Assembly (NCBI GenBank): GCA_030390025.1
Contig: CM059432.1
Coordinates: forward strand, 101,930,001 to 101,994,000
Origin: Squalus acanthias
Lineage: Eukaryota
Direction of reading: 5' to 3'
DNA length: 64,000 bases
Shown here: piece after piece, positions 44,036 to 56,847 of the stretch
Layout of the letters: each line of letters begins with the position of its first letter
Position numbering within the stretch: the first letter of the stretch is position 1
Notes under the pieces: model-generated
Seen by the model: only the letters and a program-made list of their open reading frames with translations
Databases searched by the model: none
What the model was told of the DNA's origin: nothing
Translations under genes and position numbers: made by a program

Positions 44036-46945
44036 TAAGAACATAAGAAATAGAAGCAGGAGGAGGCCATTTGGCCCCTCGAGCCTGCTCCACCATTCAA
44101 TAAGATCATGGCTGATCTTCTACCTCAACTCCACTTTCCTGCACTATCCCCATATCCCTTGATTCCCTTAATATCCAAAAATCTATCGATCTCTGTCTTG
44201 TCTCTTATACTCAAATCCTCTTGTAATGGAGGCCAACATACCATTTGCTTTCCTAATTGCTTGCTGGACCTGCATGTTAACTTTCAGTGATTTGTGTACA
44301 AGGACACCCAGGTCCCTCTGAACACCAACATTTCCCAATCTCTCACCATTTAAAAAATACTCTGCTTTTCTATTTTTCCTACCAAAGTGGATAACTTCAC
44401 ATTTCTCCCCATTATATTCCATTTGCCATGTTCTTGCCCACTCACTTAACCTGTCTATATCCCCTTGAAGCCTCTTTGCATCCTCCTCACAACTTACATT
44501 CCCACCTAGCTTTGAATCATCAACAAACTTGGATATATTACATTTGGTCTGCTCATCCAAATCATTGATATAGATTGTGAATAGCTGAGGCCCAAGCACT
44601 TAGACTTGTGGTACCCCACTATTTATAGCCTGCCAACCCAAAAATTACCCATTTGTTCCTACTGTCTGTTTTCTGTCCATTAACCAATTCTCAATCCATG
44701 CTAGTCAGCTGTGGCTCAGTGGGTAGCACACTCGCCCCTGAGTCAGAAGGTTGTGGGTTCACGTCCCATTCCAGGGACTTGAACACATAAAGCTAGGCTG
44801 ACACTCTAGTGCAGTGCTGAGGGAGTGCTGCACTGTCAGAGGTGTGCCGTCTTTCGGACGAGATGTTAAACTGAGGGCCCGTCTGCTCTCTCAGGTGGAC
44901 GTAAAAGATCCCAAGGTACTATTTCAAAGAAGAGCAGGTGAGTTATCCCCGGTGTCCTGGCCAATCTTTATCCCTCAATCAACAAAACAAAAGCAGATTA
45001 TCTGGTCATTAACACATTGCTGTTTGTGGGAGCTTGCTGTGCGCAAATTGGCTGCCACGTTTCCCACATTACAACAGTGACTACACTCCAAAAGTACTTC
45101 ATTGGCTGTAAAGTGCTTTGAGATGTCCGGTGGTCGTGAAAGGCAAGTCTTTCTTTTCTTTTAGTATGTTACCCCCAATCCTATGAGCCCTAATTTTGTT
45201 TAATAACCTCTTGTGTGGCACCTTATCGAAGGCCTTCTGAAAATCCAAATACACCACATCCACTGGTTCCCCCATATCTATTCTGGTAGTTACAACCTCA
45301 AAAACCTCAAACAGATCTGTCAAACACGATTTTCCTTTCATAAATCCATGTTGACTCTGCCCGAACCTATTATTATTTTCTCAGTGCTCTGTTACCACAT
45401 CCTTAATAATAGATTCTAGCATTTTCCCTACTACTGATGTCAGGCTAACTGGTCTGTAGTCCCCCGTTTTCTCTCTCCCTCCTTTCTTAAATAGTGGGGT
45501 TACATTTGCTACCTTCCAATCTGCGGGAACCATTCTAGAATCTATGGAATTTTGGAAGATGACAACCAATGCATCCACTATCTCTACAGCCATCTTTTTC
45601 ATAACCCTAGGATGTAGGCCGTCAGGTCTAGGGGATTTATCGGCTTTCAATCATGTTAATTTCTCCAGTAAAATGTTTTTACTGATACTAATTTCTTTCA
45701 GTTCCTCATTCTCGCTAGACCCTTGGTTCTCCACTATTTCCGGGAGATTTTTTGCGCCTTCTTCTGTGAAGACAGACACAAAGTATTTGTTTAATTTATC
45801 TGCCATTTTCTTATTCCCCATTATAATTTCTTCTGTCTCAGCTTGTAAGGGACCCACATTTACTTTCGCTAATCTTTTCCTTTTTACATACCTAAAGAAG
45901 CTTTTACAGTCTGTTTTTATGTCTCTCGCTAGTTTACTCTCATATTCTATTTTCCCTTTCTTTATCAATTTCTTGGTCCTCCTTTGCTGAATGCTGAAAT
46001 TCTCCCAATCCTCAGGTTAACTGCTCTTTTTGTCAACATTATAAGCCTCTTCCTTTGATCTAATACTATCTTTAACTTCTCTTGTTAGCTACGGTTGGAC
46101 CACTTTTCCTGTGGGGTTTTTGTGCCTTAAAGGAATGTATATTTGTTGTAAATGATGTATTAATTCTTTAAATACTAGCCATTGCTTGTCTACCATCATA
46201 CCTTTTAATCCAGTTTCCCAATCTACCTTAGCCAACTCGCCCTCATACCTACATAATTTGCTTTGTTTAGATTTAAGACCCTAGTTTTACATTTAACTAA
46301 AACTCAATATAAAATTGTATCATATTATGGCCACTCTTCCTAAAGGCCCCTTACTGCAAGGTTATTAATTAACCCTTTCTCATTGCACAATACTAGATCT
46401 AAAATGGCCTGTTCCCTAGTTGGTTCCTCAACATACTGATCTAGAAAACTATCTTATACATTCCATGAATTTCTCCTCCACACTATTACTGCAAATTTGG
46501 TTTGCCCAGTCTATATGTAGATTAAAGTCCCCCATGATTACTGTATTACCCTTGTTAAATGCACCTCTAATTTCCTGATTTATACACTGCCCTACATTAC
46601 AACTATTATTTGGGGCCTATAAACAACTCCCACTAATGTTTTCTGCCCCTTGCTGTTTCTTAGCTCCACCCAAACTGATTCTACTTCTTGATTTTCGGAG
46701 CTAAGATCCTTTCTCTTTACTGTCTTTATCCATCCTTTATTATCAGGACTACCCTCCCTCCTTTTCCATTTTACCTATCTCTTCTAAAAGTTAAGTATCC
46801 TGGAGTAGTTAGTTCCCAACCTTGGTCACTTTGCAACCACGTCTCCGTAATGGCTATTAGATCAAACCTATTAATTTCTATCTGTGCTATTAATTCATCT
46901 ATTTTGTTGCAAATGCTTCGCGCATTCAGATACAGTGCCTTTAGC
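44036..46945 (-). mobile_element. Long decayed CR1 LINE ORF2 with tail
   Basis: LGPQLFTIYINDLD, KFVDDSKLGG, YLDFQKAFDKVPH, YRPVSLTSVVGK. Confidence 0.92.
44705..45160 (+). mobile_element. SacSINE1-like Deu-SINE nested in CR1
   Basis: GTGGCTCAGTGG A-box, GGTTCACGTCC B-box, Deu domain. Confidence 0.9.
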
Positions 46946-47799
46946 AAGGAAGCAGGTGTGTGGTCTCAGTTCTTATGCGATTTTTTGCCTGTCATTTGTT
47001 CATCCCCCTCAATTGCCACTGTGCTCTCGCCTTGCTTTCACTGGCGAGGTCTAGGAAGCCTGGGAAACCCCTGCACCCACAGTGAAATTTGAAAACCCCT
47101 GTTACAAAACCTGTTCACTACCTCTTAACTACCTCTTAATTGCTTTCAATTGGTAACCCACCTCTCCCAAGGGGGTTTCTCGCACGCTGCCGCATGCGCT
47201 CCAGTGAAATGCAAAAGTCGGCGGGTTGGAGCCGGCTTCCCGACACACTGTCAATTTCACCGCATTTATCCACCCATCCGCTCCCAATCCCACTCACTCT
47301 TTGATGTTAGAATTCCCCCCAAGGTTTCTAATTATAAAGGTAGCGAATGGCAGAGTAAGTCCTATGGTTATAATTATGGTTCTGTTCACTTCACCTACTT
47401 CCTTTGGCTTTATCTTTATAAATAGTCCACTTTTGATTGATAGATGATTATTACCTATTTGTACTCTGATAATAAGGGTTGTTATTTCTTCAGTCCCAGG
47501 TAGTATTAATTATTTTGAGTGCTTCTAGTAAAATCATTTTTCATACCTGAATGAAAGCCAAACTGTGACAGGTTTTGTTTTAAAATAATTACGTGTCACT
47601 TTTTTGTGAGTTAAGAGTGCTTTGTGATAAAAAATTCAGAAATTAATCAGCTTTAGCAGAAACTTTCTTCGAATTCTCTGTCTTCATAGGTCTTACATTC
47701 TTCTGTGCATTGTAGTTAAGGTTGAGTGAGATTTGGTAAAAAAATCCTGTCTTACAGACGATTTCAGATGAGGTGAGCTGTAACTATCCACAGATAAGT

Positions 47800-50485
47800 G
47801 GGCCTAGAAATTCGATAGCCTCCGAAAACAGGCATGGGGATCGCGATGTGATAGTAACCCACGCCCATTCGGAGGACAGCTGGCAGCATGTAAAATTCGT
47901 GCTGCCTGCTAATTAACATGATTGTAGCGTTCAGCCAAGCGCTGAATGCGCTACTGAGTATCTGAACGCTCAGCAAGGGGCCCAAGTTTTTGTGAGGCTA
48001 GCACCAATTAAATCTAGCCTCCACTACTTAAAAGCAGTCTGCACTTCTTAAAGGGGACGTGCCTTCTTTCTGCAACAGGTGGTGGATGTGATTGTGAAGG
48101 CTGGTTTAAGGAAAACAAGATTACGTAATGGCTCAACAGGCCAGAGAAAGGGTCCTGAGATTCCCAGATACAGCATTGGAGGTGTTGTTCCAGGAGGTCA
48201 ACTCCAGGAGGGAGGTCCTCTTCCCACAGGAGGCCATGGGAGTGCAGTGAGAGCAGATAGCGAATGTGGTCAATGCTAGCAGTTTAGCCATGAGGACCTG
48301 GACTCAGTGCAGGAAGAGGTTTAATGACACGCATGGTCAACATCAATGACTTCATCTTCAAATGTCATCTCCCACCATCTGCACCACTAGCCTCACACAT
48401 TGCTCAATGCATCTCACCCCCATCACTCACCTACCAACAATCTCTGCCAAACATGACTCATACCTCACATTCATAGCTTCACCCAACCCGCACACACTTA
48501 CCACTGCTGCAAGACTCACACCCACATCTCACAGCACACACTTTCAGTTATTTAACCATGACAGGCATATTACCTAACACATTGCACCACACGCACTGAC
48601 ACACTTCCCTTTCTCTTGCAGGAAAAGGTGGCGCATAACCATAGATAGCAGAGCTTAACCAGCAGGGGACTGGCTCACCTGCATCAACTCATCCCCTTGG
48701 AGGAGACGGTGCTGGCCTTTCTTGGCAGGGGCATGGCTGAGAACCTTGGCCAGCGGCGGAGCTGGAGGAATTCAAGATGCCGGTATCCTCATATGTTACC
48801 CTCCTTCTCACATTCCACTTCCTCCTCATCCCACAATCTCTTCTGATTTACAATTTGCACATGGTGTAAGCATGCAGCTATTGCTTTCCCCCCCTCCCTT
48901 CACTACAACCCTACCCTTGCGCCTTTCTCATTTCAGGCACCCAAGAATTGCAGCCTGCCCTGCCAATGGTGGAATAACAAGAGGGAGGGGAGAGTCCAGA
49001 GGCAGAAGAAGAAACACCATCACTCGATTTCAGCCACCAGCTTAGATACTGGCACTCTGAGTACTTTAGAGGATGGGTTAGACGCGGGATCTGGTGAGAC
49101 ACCGGGCACGAGTGGTCTGCAGCCTGGGCAGGGGGAAAGGGTAGCACAGGTGCCAGCTCTCCAGAGGGTGAGGTCGCACATGAGTTCTGCTACACAGGAC
49201 TAGATGAAGACCTCGATGGGGTGGCCTACAGAACAAAGTTAATGGGTATGCACAATGAAATGCTTGGTGCATTGGCAGGCCTGCCAGAAAGCCTGAATGC
49301 AATTTCAAGGAGCATGGACGAGTCCAGCTCCAGCCTTACATCGGGCTGTGGGCAGAGCTTGGAGCCCATCTTACCCAGCGTGAAAGGGCTGGGCAGAACC
49401 ATTAATGCACTTGTGGACCCAACCATCATGCAGCGTCTGATGGCAAAGTCTCAGCTTCCATTGCAGCACAAGTAGAATCCACCCAATGTCTGAGAGCTTC
49501 AATGGAAGCTCAGACTTAATGTCATGCAAGCACAGACTGCTGCCATCATGGCTGGGTTTACCAGTGTGGAAAGGGGCTTGCAGGGTGTCAAAAGAGTCTA
49601 GCAGTCTGTACTCCAGCAGATTAATAGAATTGCTGAGGTGCCACCCCGGGGGAGTGGGAATGGATCCAAGGGGGCCGACCTTGCTGTTCTCTCTCAGGAT
49701 GATAGCATTGGTGCTCCCACCACTGCCACTCCACCAGTGCCCTTTCTGTTGCCTGTCAGCCAGCCAGCCCAGACTGCTGCTGCCCATGCTGTGGTGGTGC
49801 AGTCTGAAGCCGGGACTACTAGGCCCAGAGCTACTCAAGATCATCCTCAAGGCCATCTGCAGTTTCCCCCCTGAAAATCAGCAGCCTTCCACCAGTCATG
49901 CTGCAGCCATTGGGATAACACTGTGTAACATCACTAGGATAGGAAAAGGCACACGCAAGACAGTCACTATGAGAATGCACAAGGGTGATTAGTTAAATAT
50001 TTGATGTAATATTGGATGCTTATATGGATAAAGTTTGATTGGAAAGTTTGCTTTGTGGTGGCTTTTATTTCAGCATTGTGGCCAAGATGATGCTGTGTCG
50101 GTCAGTAACCTCACCAACCAAATAACTCTCGAAAGCTCCAAACAATTCCACAAACTTACATAGAGCCAGTAGAAATTAAAAAGCAAGTTACCTGAAAGTC
50201 GTTGATGATCCCTTTAAATAAATCCCTTGGTGGAGGGTCCTACCTGCTGCTGAACGCATGTTCAGCTGCACAAGGTTAGGAGAGGGCGTTAGTTCCAGCG
50301 ATGACAACGCTGGTGTCAAATCAGCATTGCACGCTAATTGACATCACGATCTGCCTACTTGCCATACTTCTAGGACACGCTCCTAACGGTACCCTACCGC
50401 CCTCACCAAATGGCATCTGGTACAGCCCACACCAGAAGTGTGCGCATACTGCTCGGAAGACATTTTGATCCCAATTTCTAGGACC
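47800..50485 (+). mobile_element. Harbinger derivative with decayed Myb/SANT-like gene
   Basis: TIRs GGGCCTAGAAATT / AATTTCTAGGACC; MAQQARERVLRFPDTALEVLFQEVNSRREVLFP and WTQCRKRFND; intron acceptor before EKVAHN. Confidence 0.8.
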
Positions 50486-51154
50486 TAGTATCTTTCGACC
50501 TTTTGACAACACAGCGATTTAAACTCACTCCTCTAGTAGATAGGGACTTAAAAAAGTGATTTTTTTTTTCTGAATTATTTTTCCAGTTCTCAGTGTGGAT
50601 TCCCAGTCTGAAGCTGGAATGAAATACAACTTTGCGCTAAACTAAAGGAATGTATAAGAAAAGGTCCACATGTTCCGTCACTAAAGAACTATGTTAATCA
50701 AGTGGAGCATGTGTTTCTCTATACTTGTATGGAAGACACAATGGGAAGCAACAGGATGTAATTTACTTCACAGGTGAAAATACCTTTGACCCATAACTAG
50801 CAAAATCACGAAAGGGATGAACTAAGCATCTCTGTTTATCCCAGGTAAACAATAATCACAGAGAGTATGTGATTCCATAAATGTGGGAAGGAGGCACACA
50901 ATGAAGAACAGTAGGATGTAGTTCATGTCTCAAATGACAAAGATCTTTTAACACATATGCAGTAATATCATGAACGATATAAACTAACTCTTTCACCTTT
51001 ACTTATTTTACCACAGATAAACCAGCACATTGCTCCATAATTTTGTTGCTCAAATGAACAAGTCCCTTTTATTCAAGTCTTTCTTCATATTTGTATTTCC
51101 TCATACCAGGCAGCATCCTCGTGAATTTCTATTGTACCCTCTCTAAAACCTCAG

Positions 51155-52008
51155 GGGGGAAAAAATTCAGTTGCTTTGCGCCTCCCGTTAGCACCTTATA
51201 GGGCGCTAATGGGCGCAAAGCAACTAGCGCCCGGGTGTGGCGATGTTTGCGCTGCTCGCGAAATTGACCAGACATTTTGCAGCGGCGCTAAACACTACCG
51301 CCATGATCTCCTGCACCCGCAGATCGTGACGTCAGTCGAGCGTGCAATGCCCCAGACCAGATATTGAGTGGCACACCCTGCCTTACCACCTGCTGCTAGC
51401 AACGACAGGTTGAGGGGAGCGTTTTGCAGTCAGGAAGGGACTGGGGGAGCGCTATTTAAAGGCAACCGGTTCCTGCCTTTTTTTTCGGCGACATTTTTGC
51501 ACCACGCATTCTGAGTGAGAGAGACTTCTGGAGATATTCAACGCTGTGTTGAGGAGCTTTGGGTACTGAGCAGCACTTTGCAGGTTCATTTTGATTTGAT
51601 CTTCCTGGCATCAATTTAGAAGAGACTATGGGGGCTGCACTCTGACATCTTTCCCTGGGCCTCTCCATTGTTCTTTCCAGCAGATTTGATGTACAGGTCT
51701 CTCCAGGCCGAGATTCAAGGCTGCAATGAGCAAGGTGTGGATGGAGAGCAAGATCAACCCTCCCCTTTAAGAACTGGCCAGCGCCAGTGTGTCTGTGTTC
51801 CATTGCTGACTGACATCACATGAGCTTCGCCAGTGCTCTGAGATAGCGCCTTAAGAGAGGTATGTAGCGCCTGATTTAGTGCTCCAATCACCTCCAGGGG
51901 CGATAGAAGCCAAGTTTGCAGTTGGAGGTGATAATTAGCGCCAGGCGCTAAACTTTGCGCACGGTCGATAATTGCGCCCCAAACGGGGCGATACCGAATT
52001 TCTCCCCC
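51155..52008. mobile_element. PIF/Harbinger-type MITE inserted in old CR1
   Basis: TIRs as in 5923-6815, TSD CAG. Confidence 0.88.
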
Positions 52009-52375
52009 CAGTATTTTTCCTATAGCATGGAACCCAATATTGCACACAGTACACTAACTGAGGTCTGAATAAGATTTTATACAGGCTCATCATTACCTCT
52101 TGGCTTTTATATTCTATACCTCTTGTGGTAAAACATAGAATTCCATTAGCTTTCTTTTAACAATCTGAGGTGCTGCCCTTAATGCTGTGTGAACCTGTAC
52201 CCCCAAATCCCTCTGCTCTTCCACAGCACCAAGCCTACTTTCATTCAGAGTATAATTACTGCCTATATTACCAAAATGTTTATTGTTACAGTTTTTGGGG
52301 AAAATACATTTCATTTACATGTTAATCACATTTTGTCTAGGTGTGTTATAAAAAAATATTCTGAGATTACACCAT

Positions 52376-52606
52376 AAAATGCTGAAAACACTCAGCAGGT
52401 CGTGCAATATCTGTGGAGAAAGGAAAATGGTTCGGTTAAAGTTTCAGGTCAATGAGTCTTCCTCAGGGTTCTGACAAAGGGTCACTGACCTGAAACTTTA
52501 ACCTCACAATTTTACTCTCTTGACAGATATTGCCTGACCTGCTGAGTGTTTCCAGCATTTTTTGTTTTATTTCAAATTTCAAGGATCTTCAGTCTTTTGC
52601 ATTTTG
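52376..52606. mobile_element. Fold-back non-autonomous PLE derivative with two divergent degenerate hammerheads
   Basis: ~90-bp inverted arms; plus strand GGTT-CTGACAA-A-GGGTC/act/GACCT-GAAACTTT-AACC, mirrored on the minus strand. Confidence 0.75.
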
Positions 52607-53220
52607 TGAGAATACACTTTCCTTTAAGATTCCAACATTAAAAGTATTTATTTTTACAGATCTTTTCCATGAAACAAATGGTCAGAAAATCCCAAAATGT
52701 GACAATACTTATATATTGTCACATATCTATATATTTGTGTGACATTAAATGTATCATGACTAACCCAGATGTGGGAAGGTGTTTCCATTTATATACACAT
52801 ATTACTCCCCCATTGCTGAGTTATTATTCACAGGTGTCATATTTAAAATTACATTAAGTTTACATTATGATTTACAGCACAGGAAGAACACATTTTGATT
52901 GTAATTTACATGATATAATCAGCATATGATTGGTTATAAAGCTGGAGATGCCCTACATGGAACTGATTGTGCAGTCCCACAGTCTAGAAACAAGTCTGTT
53001 CTGTCTGTATCATAATTCTGTTTTCAAAGGCCTTTTGCAGTATTTTAAAAGGGTACATTTCTCAAGTACCTTTTTGTACAACATTATATGTTCATTTTGC
53101 TTTCAACAGAACCATGCATAAAAGTGGCATTCCAGAATCTCAATAATGTATATTTAAGGTGATGTATACACAGTACTTCACGTTGTGTGATTTATTGCAC
53201 TCTGCACATATTGTTAAAAG

Positions 53221-53262
53221 ATCCTGTGTGATGAAAATCATTTAAAATAAAATGCAGACATG
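53221..53262 (+). CDS. Candidate exon ending in the start codon of an unidentified gene
   Basis: ..TTAAAAG| acceptor, in-frame TAA upstream, GCAGACATG|GTAGGT donor; phase 0 matches the exon at 54086. Confidence 0.45.
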
Positions 53263-53299
53263 GTAGGTTTTTTGAGCTAAAATGGATACTGTTGCCATA

Positions 53300-54040
53300 G
53301 AAATAGAATATATGAGTCAAAAACCACTCAATCAGAAATATGAAGAATATCTACCAGACCATCTATCCCAGCTCATACAGGAGGAAGAACACACCCAACC
53401 ATGACCAGCGAAATCCTAAAGGCATTTAACGGCCTGATGGATTCCCCTCAGAATTCTACAAATCTGTTCTCTCAGATGAAAACCCTGGTGCTGAAGCTTT
53501 TCTACCAACTACTAGAGACTGAAAACCTCCCTGACACCTTCAAAGCTGACACATTAGCACAACCCTATCTTCTGTATCTCTTTCTAACCTGAATCCTTCT
53601 TCAATAGTAATTATAATAATGGTCCAAATCTAGGTCTCCAAATTAGACGAGGTGGCGTCCAGGCAAATGTACAAAGACCAAATAGACTTCACTCAGCAAT
53701 ACCACTCAGTAAAAAATAATAGACTATTCAATATGGTGCACCACACCAACAGTAAAATACACCTGACCTAATAGACACCCTGGATGCAGAAAAGTTGTCT
53801 GGCATCCTGATGTGGGATTTACTATTCCATTTGTACAAACAAAATGGCCTTCAGGGACAGAGTCAAGGAGAGGCTCAAAATTCTCGACTCATAGAGCTCA
53901 TTCAGGAAAGGGATTCCTCCAGTCCCCTTCCTTTTTTCCATAGTAATAGAACCCCTGGCATTAACGATTGGAGCATAACTGTGAGAAAAGACAGGCACGA
54001 GAAAAAGCTATCCAGTCCATCAAACCTCATCCCTCTTAGT
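53300..54040 (+). mobile_element. Old L1/Tx1-clade RT remnant
   Basis: PDGFPSEFYK, LKLFYQLLETENLPDTF, LDAEK motifs with frameshifts. Confidence 0.65.
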
Positions 54041-54085
54041 ACATGCACTCTCCCGTCGTGACATTTTACTGCATTTTGCTTTTAG

Positions 54086-54350
54086 TTGTCTTGGGGAAGA
54101 TACTGGCCACACAACAAGGGATCTTTGCAAGTCAGAGTAGCTGATGACTTGTGTATCAAGGCTGATTGTGCCAAGGTGCTCAGCCACAAGAAGGATAATG
54201 TTAACCACAAAGTCTCCCACTATATCTATGTCACTCGGGCAGATTCAATGGCAAATGGTGGTGACAAAGATTTTCTTGACTCTGCATCCAAAGTCATAAC
54301 TAATCTGAAGCTAGCCAATGCGAGTTCTTCATCTACTAAACAGATTCCTG
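54086..54350 (+). CDS. Candidate coding exon (265 nt) of an unidentified host gene
   Basis: Pyrimidine-rich TTTTAG| acceptor and CCTG|GTAAGG donor; only one open frame (LSWGRYWPHNKGSLQVRVADD..KQIP); non-repetitive sequence. Confidence 0.65.
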
Positions 54351-54394
54351 GTAAGGCACCATGAAGCCGGAGGCGGTAACAAGGGAGGGAGCGA

Positions 54395-55215
54395 AATAGA
54401 AAGTTATTGGGGATTCCATGATTAGAGGGATAGAAGTTATCCTTTACAGTCATGACCACGACCGAGACTCCAGGAGTGTTGCCTACCTAGTGCCAGGGTA
54501 AAGGATATCTCAAAACAACTGGAGAGGAACTTGGAAAGGGAGGGAGAAGATCCAGTTGTGTGGTCCATGTTGGGACCAATGACATAGCAAAGAACAAGGA
54601 AGAGGTCCTGCTAAGGGAGTATCAGGAGCTAGGAACTAAATTAAAAAGCAGCACCGCACAGCTGGTAATCTCTGGATTACTAGCGAGCCACATGCTAATT
54701 GGCATAGGGATAGATAGATCAGGAAGGTGAATGCATGGCTGAAAGACTGGTGTGGGAAGGAAGGGCTTCATTTCATGGGACACTGGCACCAGTACTGTGA
54801 CAGGCTGCACCTGAACAGGAATGGGACCAATGTTCTAGTGGAAAGGATACATAGGGCTGTAGATAAGACTTTAAATGAGTTAGACGGGGGATGGAGTGGC
54901 GTGTGGGAGGGATTTGGTAGAAATAACAGTAGCCTGAAGATAAAAGAAATAGAAGCTGAGAGTAAAGGTCAGACCAAGGAAAGGAATAAGGATAACATAA
55001 ACAGTCAGGGAATAAATAAAGTTATAGAACATAAGTGTAAAATAACTGTTAAAAATAAAGCGAGATGAATGATTAATGAAAACATATTGCCTGTGCAGAT
55101 ATGTGCACAGCATCCGAAACAAAGCGAGAGAACTAGAGGCAATAATTCATAGAAAGGAACCAGATGTAGTAGGGATAACTGAAACATGCATAAAGAACAG
55201 GATTGGCAGTTAAAA
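54395..55215 (+). mobile_element. CR1 ORF1 (SGNH esterase) remnant and start of ORF2
   Basis: VIGDSMIRG, CLPSARVKDI, VHVGTNDI, DRLHLNRNG; then PDVVGITET. Confidence 0.8.
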
Positions 55216-55714
55216 AAAGCACACCGCTGCATAATATTTGATCATGCACCAGCAACCAACCATTCTGGACAATACTTCAGGAGGAAATAAAAATGCCGGC
55301 CAGCCCTGCAGTGCTCTCAGATCCGATTCATGGCTGCTTGACCTACTTGACAGAGGCGGAAAATGCACATTGTGCTAATTAGCATAGTTTGCAGCAGAAG
55401 AAAATGTGCTCCTGTGCTGTGATGGAGCAAAACTGCTCTCCCAACAAAGCACCTGTGCCCATATTCCAGCTTTTTGAAGTGCATTTGAAGCCGGAAATAA
55501 TTTATTCTGGAATGGTTTTATATATCTGTATTTTAAATATACACATATACATTATGCACTTCCTATCTGCAAAAAAATACTTTGTGTTATCACTTTTTTG
55601 TCACCCTTTTAGTGTTAACCTCAGTCATTATAAATTCTTATGTCCACATTTATAATGTAAGCTTGTTATTGATCACCAGGTGATGTTATGGAGTAATTTT
55701 ATGAGCTTCCTCCC

Positions 55715-55960
55715 AGTTATTTTTTCACCCAGAGGGTGGTGGGGGTCTGGATCTCACTGCCTGAAAGGCTGGTAGAGGCAGAAACCCTCACTGCATTTAA
55801 AAAGTACTTGGATATGCACTTGAAGTGTCGTAACCTACAGGGCTACGGACCAAGAGCTGGAAAGTGGGATTAGGCTAGATAGCGTTTTTTGGTCAGCACA
55901 GACACGATGGGCCAAATGGCCTCTTTCTGTGCTGCAAATTTCTATGATTTTATGATTCTA
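55715..55960 (+). mobile_element. CR1 3' tail
   Basis: TTTTTCACCCAGAGGGTGGTG.. and (TTCTATGA)n tail. Confidence 0.85.
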
Positions 55961-56539
55961 GGTCACCACCTTATGTTTTTTTCCCCCAAAGTGAAATTTC
56001 TTGTCAGGTAAGTTAATTTTCATCTGATTTTTAATATTTTAAATTTGTTGCTTTTAGTTTTATGGCAAGTATCTCAGCTCCTGGTTGGGGCCGCACTCTG
56101 CCTCTCCTCCAACCCATTAGTCAATAACTCTACTTACATTTTTTAAATGTTGTGAAAGCCAACCAATTATTTAAATGTGCTTGGTTGCAAATAGCTTAAG
56201 GGCCAGAAATTCGAAAATGCAAAAACCTGCTGGTGCCACCGCAGGCCGGTGTTAATGGCCACCAAAAATGATGGCACTGGTAGGACCGGTAACATGGCGC
56301 TGGTGGCTAATTAACATTAGCCCAGCGCTAAACTCACAGTACAATGCCGTCCTGGTTGTATTCATCCCAGCAGGAGGCCCCAATGTAGCGTGGCCATAGT
56401 GTCATTGCAGCAAGAACAGCCTGCTCTGAAAGCGAGGCTGTCATTTCAGAAAGCAGTTCGGTCTCTGAAAGGGGAACTGCCTTCTGAAATAAAAAAAATA
56501 AAAATCATGTGAAAATAGGCAAGTTTTAGCCCTTACAGT

Positions 56540-56847
56540 TCACAGAATCCCCACAGTGCAGATAGAAGCCATTTCGGCCCATCGAGCCTGCACCGACACA
56601 TATCCCACCCTATCCCCGTAACCCCACGTATTTAATCCCCCCTAACACTAAGGGTCAATTTATCATAGCCAAATCAACCTAACCCGCACATCTTTGGACT
56701 GTGGGAGGAAACCGAAGCACCCGGAGGAAACCCACGCAGACACGGGGAGAATGTGAAAACTCCACACAGACAGTCACCCGAGGCCGGATTCGAATCCTGG
56801 TCCCTGGCGCTGTGAGGCAACGGTGCTAACCACTATGCCACCGTGTT
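56540..56847 (-). mobile_element. HE1-type V-SINE
   Basis: Near-identical to 27113-27447. Confidence 0.9.

Noticed and set aside
44705..44775. tRNA gene
   Set aside because: It is the tRNA-derived head of a SINE, as are the heads at ~20580-20645, ~27380-27447 and ~56780-56847
54086..54350. Assignment to MVB12/DENND4 (MABP domain) from loose motif resemblance
   Set aside because: Resemblance is too weak by eye to name a gene without a profile search
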